From contig OX597841.1 in assembly GCA_951406725.2 (NCBI GenBank), forward strand, positions 2,914,001-2,978,000: 64,000 bases of DNA, read 5' to 3'. The notes beneath the pieces are model-generated. The model saw only the letters and a list, made by a program, of their open reading frames with translations, did not search any database and was not told the DNA's origin. Positions within the stretch are counted from its first letter, which is position 1. Each line of letters starts with the position of its first letter. This document shows, piece after piece, positions 42,950-57,538 of the stretch. The position numbers were made by a program, and so were the translations under genes. This DNA comes from Octopus vulgaris. Taxonomy: Eukaryota.

Positions 42950-43113
42950 TACTTACGGAAATGTTTCACAAAGGATAGTGTTATGTATGTGTGTTTCTGG
43001 TAGTTGAGGAATGCATTATAAGACCGTATAATAAGCATTATCAGCTGATTTCAAAGAAATTCATGGATCAAGACATTTAATAATATACCAAAATGCATTC
43101 AACGCGCATGCGT
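42950..43113 (-). promoter_or_regulatory. Promoter motif, exon 1 and donor of ZNF7
   Basis: Motif 43104-43113, donor at 42956, acceptor at 41780. Confidence 0.6.
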
Positions 43114-43233
43114 ACTTCCTCTCTCAACTATTTTCCCTTGTTTATCTCCCTTTAGGCAGCTGATGTACTTTTCTCTCTGGTCGAGTCATACCGCCTTCTT
43201 ATCTAACACACCGGTTCCATTACAACTCATTTA

Positions 43234-43654
43234 GGAGCTTTTCGGTTTGACCGGCACTTTTTTTAATATAATTTCCACGTAACTAAACACTTTTAACCTT
43301 CGTATACTGGTAGAATTTGTTTATAAAACATCTTTTTCTCTTCGCTTTATAGAGAAAATTCTATAGTTTCTAAGATATTTGTATTGTTTTCTCTCAATTT
43401 CTGCAATTTCAACCAATCAATGACGTCCATTGAAGTAAAAACTTTCTGTGCCGTATGAATAAGTCCCTCGTTTAAGAAACAGATTGGCTTTATTTACCTT
43501 TGTGAAGAAAAGAAGATACCCTCCCCTCCACCCCTAACTGAATCTAACCCTAAAACACATTGAAATGCAATAGATCGATACTAGGGTCATAATTATGGGT
43601 GACAATTTCGAATGGCACCGCTAGAAAAAACTGCCGTTGAAACCGAAAATATCT
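43234..43654. mobile_element. MITE copy
   Basis: Same TIRs. Confidence 0.75.
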
Positions 43655-43890
43655 GGTTGAAATTGCAGAAATTGAAGAAAAAAACAACAAATATAATACA
43701 AACTATAGAATTTTCTCAATACAGCCAGACCATTAGTTCTTATGAATACCGTCATCAGCTGGCTAATTTCAACCAAAGATTCAAAGAATTTAGGTTCAAC
43801 ATTCCCAACAGGAAAGTGGGTAGTGTTCCAACAAGATCATGCCAGACCAAATGTTTCTTTGACTGGTTTTGAAAAAAAGGTATCTTACCT

Positions 43891-44283
43891 AGGTGTAGGA
43901 GTGTCTGTGTGGTAAGTAGCTTGCTTACTAACCACATGGTTCCGGGTTCAGTCCCACTGCGTGGCATCTTGGGCAAGTGTCTTGTACTATAGCCTTGGGC
44001 CGACCAAAGCCTTGTGAGTGGATTTGGTAGACGGAAACTGAAAGAAGCCCGTCGTATGTATGTATATATATATCTGTGTGTTTGTGTATGTTTGTGTGTC
44101 TGTGTTTGTCCCCCCTAGCATTGCTTGACAACATATACTGGTGTGTTTACGTCCCCGTCACTTAGCACTTCTGCAAAAGAGACCGATAGGATAAGTACAA
44201 GGCTTACAAAGAATAAGTTCTGGGGTCAATTTGCTTGACTAAAGGCAGTGCTCCAGCATGGCCGCAGTCAAATGATTGAAACA
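43891..44283 (+). mobile_element. SINE family A
   Basis: Duplicated flank copy. Confidence 0.8.
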
Positions 44284-44363
44284 GATGCATTTTGACTCCA
44301 TCTAAATCATTCAGTGTTTTTCTTTGCAATGAGTTCTGTAGAGACAAGAACAAGTGGTAATCA

Positions 44364-44702
<339 letters not shown>

Positions 44703-45952
44703 ATAGCAACAGACAGGCTTTTTACACTATTTTTCCCCTTTTTTATGATCGGGTGTTAACATTGGGTTTTTGGATCCTGTGAGTTTGATCGTATGAATTT
44801 TCCGAGTCCTTTCCGCCCAACCATTCGCCAGCACACCTTATCCGAGTTGGACCCCAACCCTCCGTCACGAAAAAGTAAAGGAGATAGGAAATAAAGGAGA
44901 GAAAACCTTATCAGTACTCTATTAATATGCTCAATTAGAAAATAGGAGCTTGGTTAACAAGATAGATGTTGAGGTGTTATCAATGCATAGAACAGGCATG
45001 ACAATGAGACAGATCACAGATCTCACGGATATAGCAACAGGTTTTTACACTATTTTTTCCCCCTTTTTTATGATCGGGTGTTAACATTGGGTTTTTGGAT
45101 CCTGTGAGTCTGATCGTATGAATTTTCCGAGTCCTCTCCGCCCCACCATTCACCAGCGCACCTTATCCGAGTTGGACCCCAACCCTCCGTCACAAAAAAA
45201 AAAAACAATAGTGTACTAGGCGTGAAATAACATGAAGAAAAAAATTGCACCGACGAAAGGGGAAGTGGTGAGAGGACTTGGAACATTCCCGATGTGAATT
45301 TTCCGAGTCATCTCCTCACCCCTCCGTTTGCCGGCGCGCATTTTTTTTTCAGATTCGTTTACTACGTTTTTACACCTATTACACTATTTTTTTTTCCATT
45401 TTTTGGCTCGAGTCAAACACTGAAGGTGAACCCTTTTTACTCCCTTTAATAAATTGCTCTTTTTATCGAAATGCACTCAAATTACACGTATGTCCTCGGA
45501 TAGATTGTCGAGGATGAAGTCAGTCTGTGGTCGTCATCATCATCGTTTAACGTCCGTTCTCCATGCTAGCATGGGTTGGACGGTTCGACCGGGGATCTGG
45601 GAAGCCAGAGGCTGCACCAGGCTCCGGTCTTACCTGGCAATGTATCTACAACTGGATGCCCTTCCTAACGCCAACCACTCCGGGAGTGTAGAGTTTGGAA
45701 ACCACTGATCTACATAATCTGAAAAGTATTTTCAGAAATTTCTATTTAAAGTTATCCATTGTTAGTTATGAGAAAACAAATTGCTATCAGGGTGGGCGCA
45801 CATCTCTAGTTATACCAAGAAACAAACGTTCGATAAAGGATTGGTTTCTGAACATTTCAGCGGTTGGAATGTATTAGAAAATATTTCTCAAAATAAAACA
45901 CAACAGAAGGTTAATGTTACAAACTAACATGGCAACAAGGGAGTGTGCAGAA

Positions 45953-46699
45953 ACGGCAGCCAAATCTCAAACAAATCAGTGATAACTCCCATTCAAAGCT
46001 AGAAATAGCAGTCAAATCTCGAACAAATCAGTGACAACTCTCTTTCATAGCTAGAAATAGCAGCCAAATCTCTAACAAATCAGTGATAACTCTCTTTCAA
46101 AGCTAGAAATAGCAGCCAAATCTCGAACAAATCAGTGATAACTCTCTTTCATAGGTAGAAATAGCAGCCAAATCTCTAACAAATCAGTGATAACTCTCTT
46201 TAAAAGCTAGAAATAGCAGCCAAATCTCGAACAAATCAGTGATAACTCTCTTTCATAGCTAGAAATAGCAGCCAAATCTCGAACAAATCAGTGATAACTC
46301 TCTTTCAAAGCTAGAAATAGCAGCCAAATCTCGAACAAATCAGTGACAACTCTCTTTCACAGCTAGAAATAGCAGCCAAATCTCGAACAAATCAGTGATA
46401 ACTCTCTTTCACAGCTAGAAATAGCAGCCAAATCTCGAACTAATCAGTGACAACTCTCTTTTTTAGCTAGAAATAGCAGCCAAATCTCGAACAAATCAGT
46501 GATAGCTCTCTTTCATAGCTAGAAATAGCAGCCAAATCTCGAACAAATCAGTGATAGCTCTCTTTCAAAGCTAGAAATAGCAGCCAAATCTCGAACAAAT
46601 CAGTGACAGCTCTCTTTCAAAGCTAGAAATAGCAGCCAAATCTCGAACAAATCAGTGACAGCTCTCTTTCATAGCTAGAAATAGCAGCCAAATCTCGAA
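45953..46699. repeat. 52-bp minisatellite, ~15 units
   Basis: Direct reading. Confidence 0.95.
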
Positions 46700-46776
46700 G
46701 GTGGAAGCGAAACAAATAATCGACAGGCGAAAAACCAAACGTCTACAGACTTAAAAACATTGAATAATTTCCTTAA

Positions 46777-46940
46777 TACTTACGGAAATGTTTAACAAAG
46801 GATAGTGTTATGTATGTGTGTTTCTGGTAGTTGAGGAATGCATTATAAGACCGTATAATAAGCATTATCAGCTGATTTCAAAGAAATTCATGGATCAAGA
46901 CATTTAATAAGATACCAAAATGCATTCAACGCGCATGCGT
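46777..46940 (-). promoter_or_regulatory. Second orphan promoter motif, exon 1 and donor
   Basis: Motif 46931-46940, donor at 46783. Confidence 0.55.
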
Positions 46941-47060
46941 AATTCCTCTCTCAACTATTTTCCCTTGTTTATCTCCCTTTATGCAGCTGATGTACTTTTC
47001 TCTCTGGTCGAGTCATACCGCCTTCTTATCTAACACACCGGTTCCATTACAACTCATTTA

Positions 47061-47483
47061 GGAGCTTTTCGGTTTGACCGGCACTTTTTTTAATATAATT
47101 TCCACGTAACTAAACACTTTTAACCTTCGTATACTGGTAGAATTTGTTTATAAAACATCTTTTTCTCTTCGCTTTATTGAGAAAATTCTATAGTTTCTAA
47201 GATATTTGTTGTTCTTTTTTCTTCAATTTCTGCAATTTCAACCAATTAATGACGTCCATTGAAGTAAAAATCATTATGTGCCGTATGAATATGTCCCTCG
47301 TTTAAGAAACAGATTGGGTTTATTTACATTTGTGAAGAAAAAAAGATACCCTTCCCCCACCCCTAACTAAATCTAACCTTAAAACACATTGAAATGCAAT
47401 AGATCGATACTAGGGTCATAATTAGGGGTGACAATTTCATATGACACCGCTAGAAAAAACTGCCGTTCAAACCGAAAATATCT
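47061..47483. mobile_element. MITE copy
   Basis: Same TIRs. Confidence 0.75.
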
Positions 47484-47719
47484 GATTGAAATTGCAGAAA
47501 TTGAAGAAAAAAACAACAAATATAATACAAACTAAAGAATTTTCTCAATACAGCCAGACCATTAGTTCTTATGAATACTGTCATCAGCTGGCTAATTTCA
47601 ACCAAAGATTCAAAGAATTGAGGGTCAACATTCCCAACAGGAAAGTGGGTAGTGTTCCAACAAGAACATGCTAGATCAAATATTTCTTTGACTTGTTTTG
47701 AAAAAAAGGTATCTTATCT

Positions 47720-48105
47720 AGGCATAGGAGTGGCTGTGTGGTAAGTAGCTTGCTTACTAACCACATGGTTCTGGGTTCAGTCCCACTGCGTGGCATCTTG
47801 GGCAAGTGTCTTGTACTATAGCCTTGGGCCGACCAAAGCCTTGTGAGTGGATTTGGTAGAGGGAAACTGAAAGAAGCCTGTCGTATATATATATATATAT
47901 ATGTATATGTATGTTTGTGTGTCTGTGTTTGTCTCCCTAGCATTGCTTGACAACAGATGCTGGTGAGTTTACGTCCCCGTCACTTAGCACTTCTGCAAAA
48001 GAGACCGATAGGATAAGTACAAGGCTTACAAAGAATAAGTCCTGGGGTCAATTTGCTTGACCAAAGGCAGTGCTCCAGCATGGTCGCAGTCAAATGACTG
48101 AAACA
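47720..48105 (+). mobile_element. SINE family A
   Basis: Duplicated flank copy. Confidence 0.8.
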
Positions 48106-48740
48106 GATGCATTTTTGACTCCATCTAAATCATTCAATGTTTTTCTTTGCAATGAGTTCTGTAGAGACAAGAACAAGTGGTAATCAGATGGCACAATATG
48201 GTCTCTCGTTTTGTACTTAGGTTATTGTTTGTCTACATACAGTAATCCTTCGATTATCGCAGGTGTTACATCCCAAAACCCCATGATGAGTGAAAATATG
48301 CAAAGTAGAAACCTACTGTACTGTATATTCTTCTTCTTATTATTAATTTTATAATTTGTATATATTTATTTTATTATAAATGCAACACAACACCCCAGAG
48401 GAATTGACATAAGCTTAAATAATAAACCGCCATAGGTGAACCCCGATATGGCAAGGGATTACAATATTTCTAGTCATGAAAAAGCCATAAAGTAAGTTAT
48501 TGTATAACATATTTATTGAGTGAAGCATTTAAAAGATAAACAATGAACAAAATGTGAGGATGCGTAATTCAATAAAGAATCATGTGAAGGGTTGACAGGA
48601 GGAGGAAGAGTTTTGGTAGAGAGTTCCTTACACCATGGAATAAAATGTGAAAGTTACAAAAACAAAAAAAAATCTAAAAGTTTTGGAAATTTCCATTGTA
48701 TAAATCAGAGGAATATTATAAATATATAGTAAACTAGAAA

Positions 48741-50417
48741 CTACCCTTTTCCCTTCTTCCCTATATGAATATATTTGTGCTTTGTTAAGCCACTGTTGCC
48801 AGAGAATGATTTACCACAAATATCACAGTGATATGGCTTCTCTCCTGTATGAACATGTTTATGTGAAATTAAGGTACTATTTTGAGCGAATGATTTACCA
48901 CAGATATCACAGTGAAATGGCTTCTCTCCTGTATGAATACGTTTATGCGCAGTTAAGATACGATTCTCAGAGAATGTTTCTCCACAGATATTACAATGAT
49001 ACGGTTTCTCTCCTGTATGAATACGTTTATGTCTAGTTAAGGTACTATTTTGAGAGAATGATTTACCACAGATATCACAGTGATATGGTTTTTCTCCTGT
49101 ATGAATATATCTGTGATTTGCTAAGCCACATTTGTGAGAGAATGATTTACCACAGATATCACAGAGATAAGGTTTCCCTGGTCTATGAATATGCTTATGT
49201 ATAGTTAAGGCAGGACTTTCAGAGAATGATTTGCCACAGATATCACAGTGATATGGTGTCTCTCCTGTATGAATACGCTCGTGTGTAGTTAACAATCTAC
49301 TTTCAGGGAATGATTTACCACAGATATCACAGTGATACGGTTTCTCTCCTGTATGAATACGTTTGTGCGTAGTTAAACCATGATTACGAGAGAATGATTT
49401 ACCACAGATATCACAATGATATGGTTTCTCTCCTGTATGAATATGCCTGTGATTAGTTAAGTTATAACTCTGAGAAAATGATAAACCACAGATATCACAA
49501 CGATATGGTTTCTCTCCTGTATGAATTCGTTTGTGTTGCACTAACTCACTATTTGAAGAGAATGATTTACCACAAATATCACAATGATATGGTTTCTCTC
49601 CTGTATGTGTACGTTTGTGTCGAGTTATGGCACTACTCTGGGAGAATGATTTACCACAGACATCACATTGATATGGCTTTTCTCCTGTATGAATACGTTT
49701 GTGCATAGTTAAATCATGGTTGTGAGAGAATGATTTACCACAGATCTCACAGTGATATGGTTTCTCTCCTGTATGAATACGCTTGTGTCTAGTTAACACA
49801 CTACTTGCAGAGAATGATTTGCCACAGATATCACAATGATATGGTTTTTCATCTGTATGAAAACGTTTGTGTATAGTTAATTGATGATTACTAGAGAACG
49901 ATTTACCACAGACACCACAACGATATGGCTTCTCACCTGTATGAATACGTATGTGTGTAGTTAAGCAATAACTCCGAGAGAATGATGAACCACAGATGTT
50001 ACAATAATATGGTTTCTCTCCTGTATGAATACGCTTGTGTGAAACCAGGGCACTCCAATCAGAGAATGATTCACTACAGTTCTCACAATGATATGGTTTC
50101 TCTCCTGTACGAATATGCTTGTGTGCAGATAAATTACAACTTAGAGAAAATGATTTACCACAGACATCACAGTGATAAGGCTTTTTCTTTGTATGAAGAC
50201 CTTCATGTGAAGTCAAGGCACTTTGGTCAGAGAATGATTTACCACAGATCTCACACTGATATGGTTTTTCCCCTGCATGAATACGTCTGTGGGAAATCAG
50301 GTTACATTTTACGGAGAAGACCTTTTTACAAATGTCACAGTCATACGACAATTTTCTCATCTCTTTTATGTGTTCAGATGAAATCAGTTCTTCAACTTTT
50401 TCACTCTTTTCCATCAT
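48741..50417 (-). CDS. ZNF8: C2H2 zinc-finger protein, 19 fingers, near-identical to ZNF7
   Basis: ORF 48741-50429, ATG 50417. About four amino-acid differences from ZNF7 by eye. Confidence 0.88.
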   Translation of the reverse strand: MMEKSEKVEELISSEHIKEMRKLSYDCDICKKVFSVKCNLISHRRIHAGEKPYQCEICGKSFSDQSALTSHEGLHTKKKPYHCDVCGKSFSLSCNLSAHKHIRTGEKPYHCENCSESFSDWSALVSHKRIHTGEKPYYCNICGSSFSRSYCLTTHIRIHTGEKPYRCGVCGKSFSSNHQLTIHKRFHTDEKPYHCDICGKSFSASSVLTRHKRIHTGEKPYHCEICGKSFSHNHDLTMHKRIHTGEKPYQCDVCGKSFSQSSAITRHKRTHTGEKPYHCDICGKSFSSNSELVQHKRIHTGEKPYRCDICGLSFSQSYNLTNHRHIHTGEKPYHCDICGKSFSRNHGLTTHKRIHTGEKPYHCDICGKSFPESRLLTTHERIHTGETPYHCDICGKSFSESPALTIHKHIHRPGKPYLCDICGKSFSHKCGLANHRYIHTGEKPYHCDICGKSFSQNSTLTRHKRIHTGEKPYHCNICGETFSENRILTAHKRIHTGEKPFHCDICGKSFAQNSTLISHKHVHTGEKPYHCDICGKSFSGNSGLTKHKYIHIGKKGKG

Positions 50418-51252
50418 TTTCCCCTGCAAATCACAACGTATAAGTTTTTCTTCCTTTTTATTCCTTACATAAACTTCTACTTTTCTATTTGTGCTCAGTG
50501 TTACTTTTGTCTAACAACACTTAGATACACTTATCCAAGTTTAATCAGCATACAAGCTCCTCTTCTTGATACTCCAGTCAGTGATGGCCAGAAATTTGGT
50601 TAATGATACCAGCTCAGAGTAAATGTTTTACAGGGCCTCTATCTCAGAATGGTAGAAACAATCTGATACATCTATTTTGTATAATATTTTCCTTTAGTCC
50701 TTAAAACGTGGTAGGTATTGAGGATGTTTCTTCTGTTATGCCAGTGTCATCTGATGTTCTGAAATGATAAAGAAAGAGCAGTGTAAGATGTAGAGGCGAC
50801 AGATTCAGCTGGTATTTAACATAGGGGAGCAGATAGATGAACAATGGCAGGAAGTAAAGGAGAGAAAACCTTATCAGTACTCCATTAATATGCTCAATAA
50901 GAAAATAGGAGCTTGGTTAACAAGATAGATGTTGAGGTGTTATCAATGCATAGAACAGGCATGACAATGAGACAGATCACAGATCTCACAGATATAGCAA
51001 GAGACAGACGGAACTTCAACAGAAAACGTGAATGGAACAATAACACCCAGCACACTATGCAACACGATAACTAAAGACAATGGGGAGAGAGAAAAAGTTA
51101 AAAAAGACACAAATACCAACAGTGTAATACATAAACCCTTCTACCGACACACAAAACATATTAGAAAATATTTCTCAAAATATAACACAACAAAAGGTTA
51201 ATGTTACAAACTAACATGGCAACAAGGGAGTCTGTAGAAGGTTTCGTCCGTG

Positions 51253-51693
51253 CTGGAAATAGCAGCCAAATCTCGAACAAATCAGTGACAGCTCTCTTTC
51301 ATAGCTAGAAATAGCAGCCAAATCTCTTACAAATCAGTGATAAGACTCTTTCATAGCTAGAAATAGCAGCCAAATCTCCAACAAATCAGTGACAACTCTT
51401 TTTCATAGCTAGAAATAGCAGCCAAATCTCGAACAAATCAGTGATAAGACTCTTTCATAGCTAGAAATAGCAGCCAAATCTCCAAAAAATCAGTGATAAC
51501 TCTCTTTCAAAGCTAGAAATAGCAGCCAAATCTCGAACAAATCAGTGACAGCTCTCTTTCATAGCTAGAAATAGCAGCCAAATCTCAAAAAAATCAGTGA
51601 TAACTCTCTTTCAAAGCTAGAAATAGCAGCCAAATCTCTTACAAATCAGTGATAACTCCCTTTCAAAGCTAGAAATAGCAGCCAAATCTCGAA
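51253..51693. repeat. 52-bp intronic minisatellite, ~9 units
   Basis: Direct reading. Confidence 0.95.
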
Positions 51694-51770
51694 CCTGGAA
51701 GCGAAACAAATAATCGACAGGCGAAAAACCAAACGTCTACAGACTTAAAAACATTGAATAATTTCATTAA

Positions 51771-51934
51771 TACTTACGGAAATGTTTAACAAAGGATAGT
51801 GTTATGTATGTGTGTTTCTGGTAGTTGAGGAATGCATTATAAGACCGTATAATAAGCATTATCAGCTGATTTCAAAGAAATTCATGGGTCAAGACATTTA
51901 ATAAGATACCAAAATGCATTCAACGCGCATGCGT
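51771..51934 (-). promoter_or_regulatory. Promoter motif, exon 1 and donor of ZNF8
   Basis: Motif 51925-51934, donor at 51777, acceptor at 50759. Confidence 0.6.
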
Positions 51935-52054
51935 ACTTCCTCTCTCAACTATTTTCCCTTGTTTATCTCCCTTTATGCAGCTGATGTACTTTTCTCTCTG
52001 GTCGAGTCATACCGCCTTCTTATCTAACACACCGGTTCCATTACAACTCATTTA

Positions 52055-52474
52055 GGAGCTTTTCGGTTTGACCGGCACTTTTTTTAATATAATTTCCACG
52101 TAACTAAACACTTTTAACCTTCGTATACTGGTAGAATTTGTTTATAAAACATCTTTTTCTCTTCGCTTTATAGAGAAAATTCTATAGTTTCTAAGATATT
52201 TGTATTGTTTTCTCTCAATTTCTGCAATTTCAACCAATCAATGACGTCCATTGAAGTAAAAACTTTCTGTGCCGTATGAATATGTCCCTCGTTTAAGAAA
52301 CAGATTGGGTTTATTTACATTTGTGAAGAAAAAAAGATACCCTTCCCCCACCCCTAACTAAATCTAACCTTAAAACACATTGAAATGCAATAGATCGATA
52401 CTAGGGTCATAATTAGGGGTGACAATTTCATATGACACCGCTAGAAAAAACTGCCGTTCAAACTGAAAATATCT
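52055..52474. mobile_element. MITE copy
   Basis: Same TIRs. Confidence 0.75.
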
Positions 52475-52701
52475 GGTTGAAATTGCAGAAAAAAACAACA
52501 AATATAATACAAACTAAAGAATTTTCTCAATACAGCCAGACCATTAGTTCTTATGAATACTGTCATCAGCTGGCTAATTTCAACCAAAGATTCAAAGAAT
52601 TGAGGGTCAACATTCCCAACAGGAAAGTGGGTAGTGTTCCAACAAGAACATGCTAGATCAAATATTTCTTTGACTTGTTTTGGAAAAAAGGTATCTTATC
52701 T

Positions 52702-53081
52702 AGGCATAGGAGTGGCTGTGTGGTAAGTAGCTTGCTTACTAACCACATGGTTCTGGGTTCAGTCCCACTGCGTGGCATCTTGGGCAAGTGTCTTGTACTA
52801 TAGCCTTGGGCCGACCAAAGCCTTGTGAGTGGATTTGGTAGAGGGAAACTGAAAGAAGCCCGTATATATGTATATATGTATATGTATGTTTGTGTGCCTG
52901 TGTTTGTCCCCCCTAGCATTGCTTGACAACAGATGCTGGTGAGTTTACGTCCCCGTCACTTAGCACTTCTGCAAAAGAGACCGATAGGATAAGTACAAGG
53001 CTTACAAAGAATAAGTTCTGGGGTCAATTTGCTTGACCAAAGGCAGTGCTCCAGCATGGCCGCAGTCAAATGATTGAAACA
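52702..53081 (+). mobile_element. SINE family A
   Basis: Duplicated flank copy. Confidence 0.8.
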
Positions 53082-53715
53082 GATGCATTTTGACTCCATC
53101 TAAATCATTCAATGTTTTTCTTTGCAATGAGTTCTGTAGAGACAAGAACAAGTGGTAATCAGATGGCACAATATGGTCTCTCGTTTTGTACTTAGGTTAT
53201 TGTTTGACTACATACAGTAATCCATCGACTATCGCAGGTGTTACATCCCAAAACCCCATGATGAGTGAAAATATGCAAAGTAGAAACCTACTGTACTGTA
53301 TATTCTTCTTCTTATTATTAATTTTATAATTTGTATATATTTATTTTATTATAAATGCAACACAACACCCCAGAGGAATTGACGTAAGCTTAAATAATAA
53401 ACCGCCATAGGTGAACCCCGATATGGCAAGGGATTACAATATTTCTAGTCATGAAAAAGCCATAAAGTAAGTTATTGTATAACATATTTATTGAGTGAAG
53501 CATTTAAAAGATAAACAATGAACAAAATGTGAGGATGCGTAATTCAATAAAGAATCATGTGAAGGGTTGACAGGAGGGGGAAGAGTTTTGGTACAGAGTT
53601 CCTTACACCATGGAAACAAATGTGAAAATTACAAAAACAAAAAAAAATCTAAAAGTTTTAGGAATTTCCATTGTATAAATCAGAGGAATATTATAAATAT
53701 ATAGTAAACTAGAAA

Positions 53716-55116
53716 CTACCCTTTTCCCTTCTTCCCTATATGAATATATTTGTGCTTTGTTAAGCCACTGTTGTCAGAGAATGATTTACCACAAATATCA
53801 CAGTGATAAGGCTTCTCTCCTGTATGAACACGTTTATGTGAAATTAAGGTACTATTTTGAGCGAATGATTTACCACAGATATCACAATGACAAGGTTTCT
53901 CCCCTGTATGAATATGTTCATGTGTAGCTAAGATACTATTACGAGAGAATGATTTACCACAGATATCACAATGATATGGTTTCTCTCCTGTATGAATACG
54001 TTTATGTATAGTTAAGGTAATATTTTGAGAGAATGATTTACCACAGATATCACAATGATAAGGCTTCTCTCCAGTATGAATATGTCTGTGCTTTGCTAAG
54101 CCACTTTTGTGAGAGAATGATTTACCACAGATATCACATTGATATGGTTTCTCTCCTGTATGAATATGCTTATGTATAGTTAAGGTAATATTTTGAGAGA
54201 ATGATTTACCACAGATATCACAATGATAAGGCTTCTCTCCTGTATGAATATGTCTGTGATTTGCTAAGCCACCTTTGTGAGAGAATGATTTACCACAGAT
54301 ATCACAGTGATAAGGCTTCTCTCCAGTATGAATACGTCTGTGCTTTATCAAGCCACTTTTGTCAAAGAACGATTTATCACAAATATCACAATGATATGGT
54401 TTCTCTCCTGTATGTATACGTTTATGTGTAAGTAAGGTACTATTTTGAGAGAAAGATTTACCACAGATATCACAATAGCATGGTTTCTCTCCTGTATGAA
54501 TATGTTCATGAGTAGTTAAGATACTATTACGAGAGAAAAATTTACCACAGACATCACAATGATATGGTTTCTCACCTGTATGAATACGTCTGTGCTTTGC
54601 TAAGCCACTATTGTCAAAGAACGATTTACCACAGATATCACAATGATATGGTTTCTCTCCTGTATGAATACGTATGTGTTTAGTTAAGTTACCGTTTTGT
54701 GAAAAAGATTTACCACAGATATCACAGTGATATGGTTTCTCTCCTGTATGAATACGTTTATGTGTATTTAAGATATTATTATGAGAGAATGATTCACCAC
54801 AGATATTGCAACAGTATGGTTTCTCACCTGTATGAATATGTTTGTGCTTTGCTAAGTCTCCATTGTTAGAGAATGATTTACCACAGATATCACAATGATA
54901 CGGTTTCTCTCCTGTATGAATACGTATGTGTCTAGTTAAGTTACTGGTTTGAGAGAAGGATTTACCACAGATATCACAGTGATGTGGTTTCTCTCCTGAA
55001 TGAGTACGTTTGTGCATTAGTAGGTTAGTTTTTTGAAAGAAAGACTTTGTACAGATATCACAGTTGTATGATCTTATCTCTTTTATCAATTCTATACTTT
55101 TCTCACTCTTTTCCAT
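53716..55116 (-). CDS. ZNF9: C2H2 zinc-finger protein, 16 fingers, divergent 5' part
   Basis: ORF 53716-55131, ATG 55116 ([13 protein letters not shown]), ends HIGKKGKG*. Confidence 0.9.
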   Translation of the reverse strand: MEKSEKSIELIKEIRSYNCDICTKSFFQKTNLLMHKRTHSGEKPHHCDICGKSFSQTSNLTRHIRIHTGEKPYHCDICGKSFSNNGDLAKHKHIHTGEKPYCCNICGESFSHNNILNTHKRIHTGEKPYHCDICGKSFSQNGNLTKHIRIHTGEKPYHCDICGKSFFDNSGLAKHRRIHTGEKPYHCDVCGKFFSRNSILTTHEHIHTGEKPCYCDICGKSFSQNSTLLTHKRIHTGEKPYHCDICDKSFFDKSGLIKHRRIHTGEKPYHCDICGKSFSHKGGLANHRHIHTGEKPYHCDICGKSFSQNITLTIHKHIHTGEKPYQCDICGKSFSHKSGLAKHRHIHTGEKPYHCDICGKSFSQNITLTIHKRIHTGEKPYHCDICGKSFSRNSILATHEHIHTGEKPCHCDICGKSFAQNSTLISHKRVHTGEKPYHCDICGKSFSDNSGLTKHKYIHIGKKGKG

Positions 55117-55565
55117 TACTTTATCTCTCAAATCCCAGTTTATATATTTTTCTTCTTTTTGTTTTTATACTTTATTTCTTGCAAACAGTTCTTCTGCTGT
55201 ATTTTTGTCCAGTGTTACCTTTATTTAGCAACATTTATCCAACTCTAATCAGCACACGGGCTCCTCTTCTTGAGACATCAATCGGTGATGTTCAGAAATT
55301 TTGCTAATAATATTATTTCAGAGCAAATGTTTCACAGGCATTCTCCACAGATTTGAAAAAAATAATGTCATACATCTGTTTTGTATGTATTCTTTTAGTC
55401 TTTGAAACATGGTAGATATTGAGGAAGCATTTTCTGTTACATCGATGTTGTCTGAAAATATAGAGAAACAACAGTGTAAGATGTCGAGGCTACTTAAAAC
55501 ATACAGATTCATTTCTATTGAGATAAACAGTAGAAATAAACATTTAACCTAAGAACTGAGCTGTA

Positions 55566-55962
55566 TACTCTTTTTTTACTCTTTACTCTTTTACTTGTTT
55601 CAGTCATTTGACTGCGGCCATACTGGAACACCGCCTTTAGTCGATCAAATCGACCCCAGAACTTATTCTTTGTAAGCCCAGTACTTATTCTATCGGCCTC
55701 TTTTGCCGAACCGCTAAGTGGCGGGGACGTAGACACACCAGCATCGGTTGTCAAGCCATGCTAGGGGGACAAACACAGACACACATATATATATACATAT
55801 ATATGACAGGCTTCTTTCAGTTTCCGTCTACCAAATCTACTCACAAGGCATTGGTCGGCCCGGGGCTATAGCAGAAGACACTTGCCCAAGATGCCACGCA
55901 GTGGGACTGAACCCGCAACCATGTGGTTGGTTAGCAAGCTACTTACCACACAGCCACTCCTG
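55566..55962 (-). mobile_element. SINE family A (independent insertion in ZNF9 intron)
   Basis: Head at 55962, (aaagagt)n tail at 55566, flanks unlike other copies. Confidence 0.85.
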
Positions 55963-55974
55963 TCAACATCTCCA

Positions 55975-56125
55975 TAAAGAAGTGTCAATCTCTCAAAGTA
56001 GATGGAACATGAGGAAGTGGGACGTCCTGGAAGACATGGTATGAAGTGCTGAAGAGCAGACTCAGGATGCTGAACTATTCACGCGACATCATAATAGACC
56101 AAGATGTCTTGCACTTTGATATGCC
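55975..56125 (+). mobile_element. RTE-like LINE C-terminal relic
   Basis: Translates KCQSLKVDGT*GSGTSWKTWYEVLK, resembling the RTE GRP.KTW motif. Similar piece at 60146-60330. Confidence 0.5.
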
Positions 56126-56488
56126 CATGAACACCTGCACTCCATTACAGAAGTGTTAAGACTCGTCCTTCTGGTGGCAAAAAGCACTTGTGGCCGTTCC
56201 TCATAAAAGCACAATGCACACTCTGTGAAGTGGTTGGCACTAGGAAGGGCATCAAGCACTAGAAACCGCCAGAAATCAAACTGCCGTTCAAACCGAAAAG
56301 ATCCCAAACTCCACCTTATTTATTTATTTAGTTGCATAATTGTAAACCTACAAGCATGAGGAAACAAAGTCGAATGTACAAAATATCCATAATCCCCATT
56401 CAATTGTACTTTTCTCTTCTCAACAAATTCCTACATAATCATTATCTCCATCACCTGAAATGTACTTTCAGAAACTTTATATTCAATA

Positions 56489-56875
56489 CTAGCACTATCG
56501 CCCGGCGTTGCTCGGGTTTGTAAGGGAAATAACTATATAAGCATTTTTAGAGAGTTATAGCAAAAAAATGCATTAAAAATGGAAAAAAAATTATGGTAAA
56601 TTTTTTTTAAATCGTTGATTCATCGTAGACATTTTTAGAGTTACTTCCCTTATATAATAGCGAAAAAATGCATTAAAATGGAAAAAAATGATGGTAATTT
56701 TTTTTTTTAATCGTAGACTCATCGTAGACGCGCGCTAATACCCAGAAGGGCTCGATATGAATCACGACTATAAGATACCCGGTTTTGGTTAAACTGCACC
56801 ACAAAATGTGGGAGTAGTTAGGAATCTAAATCGTAGGAGACAGACAGCACACAACTTCTCTTTTATATATAAAGA
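56489..56875 (-). mobile_element. Short non-autonomous Helitron, same family as 145-989
   Basis: A|TCTTTATATATAAAAG 5' end at 56875, cccgagcaacgccggg hairpin + CTAG|T at 56489, internal ~100-bp duplication, no helicase fragment. Confidence 0.85.
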
Positions 56876-57202
56876 TTAGGAGGAAAGAAATTGCTAGTAG
56901 AATGGGCAGACATCGTTAGCTATACAAAGAAACAAACATTCGATAAACTATAAAAGAATGTTGGTTTCTGAACATTTCAGTGGTTGGAGTGTATTTCAGA
57001 ATATTTCTTAAACGAAAGAAAAAAGGAGAACGTGTCAACGATGGAATGTGTAGAAGGCAGATTTCGCAGCGAGAAATAGCAGCCAAATCTTGCACATACC
57101 AGACACCTCTCATCCGTAGCTAGAGATAGCAGTCAAATGCCGCAAAAATCAAGGACATCATTCGTTAATAAAACATAGAACAGAAACAAAGAATCGATGC
57201 GC

Positions 57203-57476
57203 GGCATTCTTTCGATATAACTCGACAAAATCAATACGTTTCACTTCGGGTATTTCCGTGGAAGCAAATGACAGTTCGATTCTGTTTTCTGCTTGGAAAT
57301 TTACGGATTTTACATACACACATGAAACAGGGAAGAACAAATATGCAAGGCTTTTTTTTTCTTCAAGTTTAAAACGAGAAATTGCTGGCATAATTCCGTT
57401 ATATCTATACTCCACAACCCACGGAGATACCCGAAGTGAAATGTTTCGATTTTGTAGAGTTATATCGAAAGAATGC
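57203..57476. mobile_element. MITE with ~58-bp TIRs and 8-9 bp TSD (Mutator- or hAT-type)
   Basis: Arms 57204-57261 and 57419-57476. (T)CGATGCGC duplicated at 57194-57202 and 57477-57485. Paralogous empty site at ~26042. Confidence 0.8.
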
Positions 57477-57538
57477 TCGATGCGCCAAAAACCGAAACGT
57501 CTACAGAATTAAACACATTGAATATTTTCATTATTTAA

